Virus record (IMG/VR): IMGVR_UViG_3300045988_147533
Span: 1 to 32,000 of that record
Strand: one strand, 5' to 3'
Length of the DNA stretch: 32,000 nucleotides
From: a virus
The translations under genes were made by a program, and so were the position numbers. Of the stretch, positions 14,083 to 20,740 are shown in pieces; position 1 is the first letter of the stretch; each line of letters opens with the position of its first letter. Below the pieces are notes generated by a model. The model had not been told where the DNA came from, did no database searches, and was given only the letters and a program-made list of their open reading frames with translations.

Positions 14083-14172
14083 CTTTAAATTATTCAAATA
14101 ATTTGTTTTTTTGTATACTCGACATACTTTTTAATGTATAATCACAGTGTAAGCAGTTAAGAGGTGAAAATT

Positions 14173-14577
14173 GTGGAAGAACATATAGGGTCGAGAATAT
14201 ATAAAATACGTAAACATTTAAATTTGAGTATGGAAAAATTTGGTAAACAAATAGGTATCTCAAAAGGTTCAATCAATAACATTGAAAAAGGAACTACCAA
14301 CCCATCAAGTCAAACTATCAATTCTATATGTCGAGAGTTCAACGTTGACTATGTATGGTTAACTGAAGGTATTGGAGACGATATGTTCATTTCTATACCT
14401 GATTCAAAGATAGATCAACTAATCGAAGATTATGGATTAAAACCAGAAGATAAATGGCTTGTTCGAGGATACCTAGAAGCACCACCTGATATAAAAAAGC
14501 AAGTTGCAGATTATTTGTGGTCAATTGTAAATAGAGAACTAGCTAAAAGAGAAAAAGAAAAGAGTAACAAGAAATAA
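14173..14577 (+). CDS. XRE/cI-like HTH repressor
   Basis: IGSRIYKIRKHLNLSMEKFGKQIGISKGSINNIEKGTTNPSSQTINSICREFNVDYVWL is a classic HTH_3 pattern. The GTG at 14173, 8 nt after GAGG, is a likely start (track start 14164). Confidence 0.85.
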   Translation: MEEHIGSRIYKIRKHLNLSMEKFGKQIGISKGSINNIEKGTTNPSSQTINSICREFNVDYVWLTEGIGDDMFISIPDSKIDQLIEDYGLKPEDKWLVRGYLEAPPDIKKQVADYLWSIVNRELAKREKEKSNKK

Positions 14578-14596
14578 CTGTTACTCTTTATTTACT

Positions 14597-14640
14597 ATAT
14601 GTTTACTGTATGTTTGCTGTATGTTTGCTATATGTTTACT
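14597..14640. repeat. Four tandem 11-bp repeats in A-B-B-A order
   Basis: ATATGTTTACT GTATGTTTGCT GTATGTTTGCT ATATGTTTACT, between the repressor stop and the convergent terminator. Confidence 0.8.
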
Positions 14641-14643
14641 AAT

Positions 14644-14668
14644 AAAAAAGCTAGACTAAATCTAGCTT
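14644..14668 (-). terminator. Terminator after mazF; may also stop the repressor transcript
   Basis: AAGCTAGA / TCTAGCTT; U-run on the minus strand (TTTTTTATT). Confidence 0.6.
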
Positions 14669-14684
14669 ATGTACTAGAATGTAA

Positions 14685-15011
14685 TTAATCGAATATAGAT
14701 TGTACTACATCCAGTACTTCTTGAAGAATGTGTTCCGGGCATTCTTCTTTTTTTGTTACTTTTCGTGCTTTTAAGTCAAGGGTTTTTACATGTTCACATA
14801 GAACACATCCTGTAGTTTTCATTTTGGGGTCTAAAGGAATATGCATAGGAAAATCTTTTGTGTTATTTGTAATAGGACAAATAACATACAATCCCATGAT
14901 TCTATTATAATCATCATTTGATATTATCAAGCATGGTCTGTCACCTGCTTGTTCATGACCTCTAACGGGGTCTAAATTTGTGAACACTATATCGCCTTGT
15001 TTGTAGCTCAT
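14685..15011 (-). CDS. mazF: MazF/PemK-family endoribonuclease toxin
   Basis: MSYKQGDIVFTNLDPVRGHEQAGDRPCLIISND... typical PemK/MazF N-terminus; 1-nt overlap with the upstream antitoxin. Confidence 0.85.
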   Translation of the reverse strand: MSYKQGDIVFTNLDPVRGHEQAGDRPCLIISNDDYNRIMGLYVICPITNNTKDFPMHIPLDPKMKTTGCVLCEHVKTLDLKARKVTKKEECPEHILQEVLDVVQSIFD

Positions 15012-15262
15012 TAAAAAATCTCCTTTCCAACTACTTCATCAGACCATATTTCTTCTTGCTGTGTTGGGCCTTCATAATTGGCAAATCGTTCGGCAATAGA
15101 CATACGTCTTTTCTTGTTTGGTGTAAGTGTAATTGAATTGTTTTCTACTGTCATTTGTAGTTCATCGCCCGTTTTGAGTGACAGAAGTTCCATAACTGCC
15201 ATAGGCAATCTTATCCCTTGACTGTTACCCCATTTTGTAATTTTTAAACTGCTGTTTGACAT
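15011..15262 (-). CDS. mazE: MazE/AbrB/SpoVT-type antitoxin
   Basis: KITKWGNSQGIRLPMAVMELLSLKTGDEL swapped-hairpin AbrB-like motif; GGGAGG SD. Confidence 0.8.
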   Translation of the reverse strand: MSNSSLKITKWGNSQGIRLPMAVMELLSLKTGDELQMTVENNSITLTPNKKRRMSIAERFANYEGPTQQEEIWSDEVVGKEIF

Positions 15263-15291
15263 AATATACCTCCCATCTCCTCTAAAATAAG

Positions 15292-15319
15292 TATATACAT
15301 TGTATATTTATATTGTCAA
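15292..15319 (-). promoter_or_regulatory. mazEF promoter with overlapping palindromic operator
   Basis: Minus strand TTGACA-16 nt-TATATA; palindrome ATATACA T TGTATAT at 15293-15307. Confidence 0.55.
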
Positions 15320-15321
15320 CA

Positions 15322-15351
15322 AAAAAACGTCAATTATATTTGACGTTTTTT
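15322..15351. terminator. Bidirectional terminator upstream of the mazEF unit
   Basis: AAAAAACGTCAA ttatat TTGACGTTTTTT. Confidence 0.7.
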
Positions 15352-15384
15352 AAATTTGCGCGTAAATACCTATAGGTATTAGTG

Positions 15385-15522
15385 TTATTCATTTTTAGAT
15401 AATAACAGCAGTCTTTGTGCATGATTATACAGAATTTGCAGATCATCCACGTTAAGTTTTTCTGCTAGGATAATTAATTTTTTTATCCATAAATCCCTTT
15501 CCATAAGATCATCCCTTTCCAT
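15385..15522 (-). CDS. Stand-alone small ORF (45 aa; 39 aa from the second ATG)
   Basis: MERDDLMERDLWIKKLIILAEKLNVDDLQILYNHAQRLLLLSKNE. Own promoter (15567-15594) and terminator (15322-15351). ATGGAAAGGGAT is directly duplicated at the start. Confidence 0.4.
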   Translation of the reverse strand: MERDDLMERDLWIKKLIILAEKLNVDDLQILYNHAQRLLLLSKNE

Positions 15523-15566
15523 TCATTTTCTATGAATAAAAAGAAAAACGTTTTCCTTATTTTAAT

Positions 15567-15594
15567 ATAATAAGTCTTAAATTTCATATGTCAA
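15567..15594 (-). promoter_or_regulatory. Promoter of the 45-aa ORF unit
   Basis: Minus strand TTGACA (15594-15589), 16 nt, TATTAT (15572-15567). Confidence 0.45.
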
Positions 15595-15678
15595 TGTCTG
15601 TTTTGTATTAAATTGTACAAACATAATACTAAAATGTGCAAGTGGTTATATATCACATTTCCAGTCTCGAATTTTTTC

Positions 15679-15691
15679 GGGGGGGGGGGGG
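15679..15691. repeat. G13 homopolymer tract
   Basis: 13 consecutive G in otherwise very AT-rich non-coding sequence. Confidence 0.95.
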
Positions 15692-15863
15692 AGAATTTTT
15701 AATGTACTTTTGGTTATATTATTAACTAATTTTGTTTTGTAAATATTTATTAATATTTTTCATTTTTCATTACTCTTTTTAAAATGTGATGTTATTATTC
15801 ATGTGTACATGATAAATATTTTAGGCTTTTTTCTATTTCCTCAAGAAAAGATTAGCAGAGAAT

Positions 15864-15908
15864 GAAAAACAGATAGTGGTGTTGAGCAGCATACACTATC
15901 TGTTTTTC
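15864..15908. terminator. 15-bp perfect hairpin overlapping the stop of the 57-aa ORF
   Basis: GAAAAACAGATAGTG / CACTATCTGTTTTTC, 15-nt loop. Confidence 0.5.
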
Positions 15909-16069
15909 ATTTTATATTCATTCATAACTTGTTTAATATCTTCACCAACTATATTCCAATCATTAGATAATGCTATATAGTCGTCATAAAACGATCTTGT
16001 TTTAATTTCAATTTTCGGAAATAAGTTTATACTTTTAATTCCTTTTATTACATAATCAATTATCTTCAT
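15896..16069 (-). CDS. Small ORF (57 aa) immediately downstream of the PBECR-like gene
   Basis: ATG at 16069 after AGAGGTG. MKIIDYVIKGIKSINLFPKIEIKTRSFYDDYIALSNDWNIVGEDIKQVMNEYKMKNR. Below the track cutoff. Confidence 0.5.
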   Translation of the reverse strand: MKIIDYVIKGIKSINLFPKIEIKTRSFYDDYIALSNDWNIVGEDIKQVMNEYKMKNR

Positions 16070-16084
16070 ACACACCTCTAACTA

Positions 16085-16453
16085 TTATAATTTATTTGTT
16101 TTTAATTTATTGTATTTAGTTTCATTTATTGGATAAATCGTTTTAATCTTTAATATTGGCCCTGAACTTATTCTAACTGCAACTAGTACATTGTCTTCCA
16201 TTTTCTTAACAATTTGTAAGCTGTTATTCTTTTTGTCCTCCGATATAAAATCTGGATTAGAAACAATCAATGATAAATCTCTGAAAACAATATCTAAAAA
16301 CAAAGGATCAGTAAAATCTTCTCTGTGTCTTTCTATATGATTTATTCTGTCATCATACAAAGCAATAGTTTTATCTTTATATGATTCATCTAATCCAAAC
16401 GTTTCTATGTATTCATCTGTTATTTTATATAACATCTTTTTTGATTTATTCAT
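16085..16453 (-). CDS. PBECR-like (phage Barnase-EndoU-ColicinE5/D-RelE-like) putative nuclease, 122 aa
   Basis: ...RINHIERHREDF...IVSNPDFISEDKKNNSLQIVKKMEDNVLVAVRISS...IKTIYPINETKYNKL matches the remembered PBECR4-type pattern (HI..rH ... NPDYI ... nSielvK ... vavkl ... T.y.i...Kl). ATG at 16453 after GGGAG. Confidence 0.55.
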   Translation of the reverse strand: MNKSKKMLYKITDEYIETFGLDESYKDKTIALYDDRINHIERHREDFTDPLFLDIVFRDLSLIVSNPDFISEDKKNNSLQIVKKMEDNVLVAVRISSGPILKIKTIYPINETKYNKLKTNKL

Positions 16454-16479
16454 GATTATATCTCCCAAATATAAAGTAA

Positions 16480-16504
16480 AGGCCTTGTTGCATTAACAAG
16501 GCCT
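16480..16504 (-). terminator. Hairpin terminator upstream of the PBECR-like gene
   Basis: AGGCCTTGTT / AACAAGGCCT, loop GCATT; T-rich tail on the minus strand. Confidence 0.5.
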
Positions 16505-16721
16505 ACAATTTGTGTATATGGTGGGGCGATAGTTCCCACATCTCATCAGAATTCACATTCCTACCCTTGACACTTTCGTGCGCGATAGCCATCTTTCTAT
16601 CCTCACATACACAATCAGAATGTTTTCTTTCAGCCAATAGACCTATCCAGTTCGAGGTGAACACAAACAACCCTACGGAAGCTATAAGCACTATGCATGC
16701 TGGAACACAATACTTAATCAT
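16503..16721 (-). CDS. Possible small membrane protein (72 aa) downstream of the integrase; coding status uncertain
   Basis: N-terminal TM (CVPACIVLIASVGLFVF); no convincing SD; locally GC-richer; an equal-length ORF exists on the other strand. Confidence 0.3.
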   Translation of the reverse strand: MIKYCVPACIVLIASVGLFVFTSNWIGLLAERKHSDCVCEDRKMAIAHESVKGRNVNSDEMWELSPHHIHKL

Positions 16722-16867
16722 AGCTTAACAGAACCTAATCTGTGACAAACAAGATAGAGCAGCAAGCTTATCTTCATCCGTATATTACATTATTTGCTAG
16801 TGAATTTCAATCAAATTTCTCCTATTTTTGTACTTTTTTGTAACATTGTGTAATCTAATATCACTTT

Positions 16868-17965
16868 TTATAACAACTTATTCATCATATCTACAATGCT
16901 CTTGTCTTTTGTATCAAACCAGTGTGCATATGTATTGTGCAATGTTTCAACCGTGTCTCCTAAGCGCTTGGCTATATCAAAATCTGAGAATCCAGCTCCT
17001 GCCATGTTATTAATTAGGAATGATGCATGTGAATGTCTAAAATCATGAATTCTTATTTTAGGTAATCCATCATCTTTTTCTTTTGCCTTATTATATGCAT
17101 CATCAAATCTTCTTTGTACTGTCTGAGGTGATATTGGTTTATAATATCCAAACACGAATTTATCTTTTGTGAAATCATCCCATTTAGAACATTCTAAAAA
17201 CCATTCTCGAAGCATTTTAGACAATGTATTAGGCATTGTGATAGTTCTATAGCTATTGTTTGTTTTCGGTGGTGTAAGCCATTTATTAGGGTCTTTCTCT
17301 TTGTATCTGTATGTTTTGTTGATATCTATCGTTTGCTTCCTAAAATCAATGTCCTTCCATTGTAGAGCCATTGCTTCACCTTTTCGTAATCCCATATAGA
17401 ATAAAACAGAATAAAAACATTTCATCATTTGTTCATCTACTTCTTCAATAAATAAATCAAAATCATATTGCTGCCATATTGTCATTTCTTCTTTTCTTTC
17501 ATTCAATCTAAGATCACGTTTTACATATGTCATTGGATTGGTTGGAATGTATTCAGAAGTAACACCAAATTTATATAGCTTATTTAAAAAGAAATATATT
17601 CTTGATACGTATGCTTTTGAATATTTCTCATCAAATTTGTTGATCAAGTTTTGCATTTGTCTTTTATCTAGAAAATCAATATCTTTCATTTCCTTAGAAA
17701 GAACATTGTATAAATATTCATCTGATTTTAGCGTTGATTCTTTTACATACTTTTTATTATATTCTTTAAAAGCTTTATATAGTCTGTCAAAATTCATATC
17801 TGATGGAAGCATAAAGAAATCTTTCCTAAATTCAACCTCAGCTTTTTGTGCTTCCCATTTAGAATCAAAACCACGCTTACGATATCTCTTTATACATTTG
17901 CCATCTTTATATATTTTTCCAGCAAACATATATTTTCCTGTCTTCTTATCTAATTCCACTGCCAT
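16868..17965 (-). CDS. int: Phage tyrosine integrase (365 aa)
   Basis: N-terminal SAM-like/arm-binding region; RKGEAMALQW (Arg), HDFRHSHASF (H-x-x-R), LGDTVETLHNTYAHW (Tyr). Confidence 0.9.
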   Translation of the reverse strand: MAVELDKKTGKYMFAGKIYKDGKCIKRYRKRGFDSKWEAQKAEVEFRKDFFMLPSDMNFDRLYKAFKEYNKKYVKESTLKSDEYLYNVLSKEMKDIDFLDKRQMQNLINKFDEKYSKAYVSRIYFFLNKLYKFGVTSEYIPTNPMTYVKRDLRLNERKEEMTIWQQYDFDLFIEEVDEQMMKCFYSVLFYMGLRKGEAMALQWKDIDFRKQTIDINKTYRYKEKDPNKWLTPPKTNNSYRTITMPNTLSKMLREWFLECSKWDDFTKDKFVFGYYKPISPQTVQRRFDDAYNKAKEKDDGLPKIRIHDFRHSHASFLINNMAGAGFSDFDIAKRLGDTVETLHNTYAHWFDTKDKSIVDMMNKLL

Positions 17966-18003
17966 TTTTTGTGCCCTCTTATATGTCCATAATATGCAAA
18001 AAA

Positions 18004-18051
18004 GGGGTATAATTCAATATTTTAATATCAAATTATACCCCAATATACCCC
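18004..18051. promoter_or_regulatory. Repeat cluster in the lysin-integrase gap (candidate attP arm/core sites)
   Basis: Inverted repeat GGGGTATAATT (18004-18014) / AATTATACCCC (18031-18041); direct ATACCCC at 18035 and 18045; a related GTACCCC near 18203. Confidence 0.4.
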
Positions 18052-18060
18052 AAGGCAAAT

Positions 18061-18084
18061 AAAAAAGCCTTTAAATAAAGGCTT
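18061..18084 (-). terminator. Terminator of the late/lysis transcript
   Basis: AAGCCTTTA...TAAAGGCTT hairpin, followed on the minus strand by TTTTTTATTT. Confidence 0.65.
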
Positions 18085-18275
18085 AAATTTCAATGGAGCA
18101 GATGAGGGGATTATATAAATACCTCATATCTATTGATATTTGATGTTATTTACATCGTTATCTACGTGTTTTGATAACACTTTGTTGTTTTGTACCCCAA
18201 AATGTACCTCACTGCTTCACGCAAGAAAGATAATACAGTATAAACTATATTATGTCAAACACTTTTTGAATTTTT

Positions 18276-19352
18276 TTATTGAACCTCAATCAATGGGCCA
18301 CAGTTTACCCAAACTCCGCCAATCTTTGCAAGATTCTTTTTCACATTGACTTCATCCACACGAATACGTGTTACATATACAATTGCATTTGTGGTGTGTA
18401 ACACATTGTCGTTATATCCGTCTGAGTTTGGCACTTTGTCGACCAATCGAATTGGAAACCAACCGCCTAATTGAGATAAGTAACAACATAAATCATCACC
18501 AATCTTTTTCAAGCCTTGGTTGCCAATTTTCATATGTACAGATGTAACATAGCTACCTTTATGCAAAATTTGGTCGATAGCTTCTGCGCTAGACTGTGTG
18601 GCGCCAACTGGCACATGAGGGTCTGTATCGATACCAGCATCATTAGTCCATCCAATCGCTACTCCATTACGATCAACACGATATGGATATTTTGTTCCTT
18701 TAATTACTCTACCAATGACACCTGACCAATCACCTTTTTTAACTGTAGAAGTTCCGTAGCAATTCACACTCAATGTGTTTGTACAGATAGGTAAATTAAC
18801 TGAATATTTTTCTCCACTTGGAGTTGTAGGTTTTGGTGTTTCAACCTTTCCATCTAACTTTGCATTTACTTCATTAGCCAATTGTGGCATACGTGCTTCC
18901 AACCATGCTCCAGGGCATGATGTAGCCGCAAACATTTTGTGCATAGTCAATGATCCGCTAGAATTTCCTGTATAGTTCAATCTAAATCCATATCGTTTAC
19001 AAATATCAACACATAGATTCACCAAGCTATCCCAAGTAGCTTGCGTCATTTCTCCAGTTGCGTTATTAATGTTTCCACATTCAATCGTAATTGATTGAGA
19101 ATCATTCAACCAATTTGAACTTGTCCATGCAGCATTTTCTTCATCAACACTGCATGCAATGTCTCCATTAATTCCAATACAATAATTGGAAGATGCTTGA
19201 CGAGTATTTCGTGCAAAATAATCTGCACATTGTTTACCACTCCATGCCGCAGCCATGTAGTGTGGAGTGATTTTACAAATCTTATATCCAAAACGACCAT
19301 CATAATGTTGTGATGTTCTGTTACAATATGTTGCTAATCCGGAATACGACAT
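18276..19352 (-). CDS. Endolysin: N-acetylmuramoyl-L-alanine amidase (Amidase_2/PGRP-like) with C-terminal SH3-like wall-binding region
   Basis: ...ASSNYCIGINGDIACSVDEENAAWTSS...SITIECGN...LTMHKMFAATSCPG follows the amidase_2 pattern; position next to the holin. Confidence 0.75.
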   Translation of the reverse strand: MSYSGLATYCNRTSQHYDGRFGYKICKITPHYMAAAWSGKQCADYFARNTRQASSNYCIGINGDIACSVDEENAAWTSSNWLNDSQSITIECGNINNATGEMTQATWDSLVNLCVDICKRYGFRLNYTGNSSGSLTMHKMFAATSCPGAWLEARMPQLANEVNAKLDGKVETPKPTTPSGEKYSVNLPICTNTLSVNCYGTSTVKKGDWSGVIGRVIKGTKYPYRVDRNGVAIGWTNDAGIDTDPHVPVGATQSSAEAIDQILHKGSYVTSVHMKIGNQGLKKIGDDLCCYLSQLGGWFPIRLVDKVPNSDGYNDNVLHTTNAIVYVTRIRVDEVNVKKNLAKIGGVWVNCGPLIEVQ

Positions 19353-19447
19353 TCTTCATCTACACCTTCTTCCTTGCCATTGCTTAATTCTTCTTTTGCT
19401 TCTTCTGATAGATTCTCATAATCTACTACTTTTTCTTCATCATTCAT
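19334..19447 (-). CDS. Small acidic ORF (37 aa) between holin and endolysin
   Basis: ATG 3 nt after the holin stop with GGAGGA SD; MNDEEKVVDYENLSEEAKEELSNGKEEGVDEECRIPD; ends 19 nt inside the lysin gene. Confidence 0.35.
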   Translation of the reverse strand: MNDEEKVVDYENLSEEAKEELSNGKEEGVDEECRIPD

Positions 19448-19449
19448 TA

Positions 19450-19677
19450 TTATTCCTCCGGTACACTAATTTCAGGTAATCCGCCAATACTAGTCAGCAA
19501 CGAGACGATGCCTGACAAAACCGCTGACGAAATTACAACTCGCCAATCAACGGCTTCCAATAATGCAGATGCTCCAATAACACCAACAGCAGTTTGAGCA
19601 ATTGTCTTTAATGCTCTAATACTTGCGTAATAGCCATATTGAATCCACCATTCTTTACTATATTTTTTCATTTTCAA
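19450..19677 (-). CDS. Holin (75 aa)
   Basis: Two hydrophobic segments, charged C-terminus, immediately upstream of the endolysin. Confidence 0.7.
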   Translation of the reverse strand: MKMKKYSKEWWIQYGYYASIRALKTIAQTAVGVIGASALLEAVDWRVVISSAVLSGIVSLLTSIGGLPEISVPEE

Positions 19678-19750
19678 ATACCTCCTATCCTAATGATAGT
19701 ATTTAAATCGTTTGTACACTGTACAAAATAAAAGACCGTATTTAACGGCC

Positions 19751-20233
19751 TTATTGATACATATTAAACATGTCTCGTATATGTGTCTTAATCATTGTTT
19801 TTTCTTCATCTGAATCAACGCATCCATGAATCATAGTTACGATTTGTTGCATACATTTCATAGTCTTATCTAATTCACGATGAGACTTTTCCAAATCCAT
19901 CTCACCTTTTGTACGCAAATATTCTTCTTTGAACGCTTTATATTTTTTCAAATGTTCTGCAAGCTTATAAACAATATCTTCTGTTTCTGGATCATGAATA
20001 TTATATCCATCATTATCTTCTTTTAATCGGGCTACAGTTGAAACTCCATCTTTTCCTATCTCAATTTGATATTTATTTCTCATTGCTTCTATAGTTTCGA
20101 TATCTTTGATATTATCCAAAGCTTGAGATAATGCATGGAAATAAGATTCTGCATATCCATATTTCTCTAACATGTTCACTGACTCATGCATTATCTTTTC
20201 ATTAACTTCCATTGCTTTATGCATATATTTCAC
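19751..20233 (-). CDS. Hypothetical helical protein (160 aa)
   Basis: Start abuts the stop of 20234-20653. Confidence 0.7.
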   Translation of the reverse strand: MKYMHKAMEVNEKIMHESVNMLEKYGYAESYFHALSQALDNIKDIETIEAMRNKYQIEIGKDGVSTVARLKEDNDGYNIHDPETEDIVYKLAEHLKKYKAFKEEYLRTKGEMDLEKSHRELDKTMKCMQQIVTMIHGCVDSDEEKTMIKTHIRDMFNMYQ

Positions 20234-20653
20234 CTACGCAATCTTTTTAATGATAATGTTTGCATTTTGAACAGATAGATCTAAACCACTGTTATTTGCT
20301 AATGCAATTGTATAAGATGCACCACATGGAACTTGAATTAGAGTGTCTCCACTTACATTTCCATACGAACTTGCAGTTGCAACAGTATAAATAGATTGTG
20401 TTCCACCAATTGCTTCTCCGTTTAGTTCAAGCACTAAAGAAGCTTGTCCTGCCACTGCACTCGTAATATCCGCAGTATAAGTTACTTCATAGATACCTGG
20501 CTTTGTTAGTGTAAACAATCCACTTCCTAGATCATGTGCCAACCATCCTTTACATGGACACTGGCAGGATTTTGATCTTACACGATCTGTAGGAAACAAT
20601 ACATTATTTGAATTATCGACTGTCTGAACAGTCGTAGCAATACTATTAATCAT
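20234..20653 (-). CDS. BclA C-terminal-domain-like (C1q/TNF-like jelly roll) protein without a collagen stalk
   Basis: FTLTKPGIYEVTYTADITSAVAGQASLVLELNGEAIGGT...SVQNANIIIKKIA parallels B. anthracis BclA-CTD (FVISETGFYKITVIANTATASVLGGLTIQVNGVPVPGT...GTSASIIIEKVA). Confidence 0.65.
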   Translation of the reverse strand: MINSIATTVQTVDNSNNVLFPTDRVRSKSCQCPCKGWLAHDLGSGLFTLTKPGIYEVTYTADITSAVAGQASLVLELNGEAIGGTQSIYTVATASSYGNVSGDTLIQVPCGASYTIALANNSGLDLSVQNANIIIKKIA

Positions 20654-20677
20654 TTATTTTATCCTCCTATTAAAATA

Positions 20678-20699
20678 GGGATAGCCTTTCGACTATCCC
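20678..20699 (-). terminator. Hairpin after the 210-aa gene; a second 12-bp palindrome lies at 20711-20722
   Basis: GGGATAG / CTATCCC followed on the minus strand by TATTTTAATAGG; AGGCAATTGCCT palindrome next to it. Confidence 0.45.
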
Positions 20700-20740
20700 G
20701 TTAAATCCAAAGGCAATTGCCTAATCACATATGTGCTAGA

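Noticed and set aside
14090-14272. 60-aa minus-strand ORF across the repressor start
   Set aside because: Antisense to the XRE repressor N-terminus and promoter region, with an implausible product.
15634-15702. 22-aa ORF containing the G13 tract as a called CDS
   Set aside because: No Shine-Dalgarno and very short. It is reported only as a frame-shift scenario in the G13 finding.
16510-16728. 72-aa plus-strand ORF, and a possible tRNA/tmRNA 3' end (minus-strand ...GTGGGAACTATCGCCCCACCA near 16518-16540)
   Set aside because: The ...CCCACCA ending suggested a tRNA-like 3' end at an att site. But there is no GTTCRANYC T-loop, and no acceptor/T-arm geometry could be drawn. The plus ORF lacks an SD.
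17538-18062. 174-aa plus-strand ORF
   Set aside because: Entirely antisense to the well-supported integrase gene. It has a Leu/Phe/Ser-rich low-complexity product and no SD. This is a typical shadow ORF of AT-rich coding DNA.
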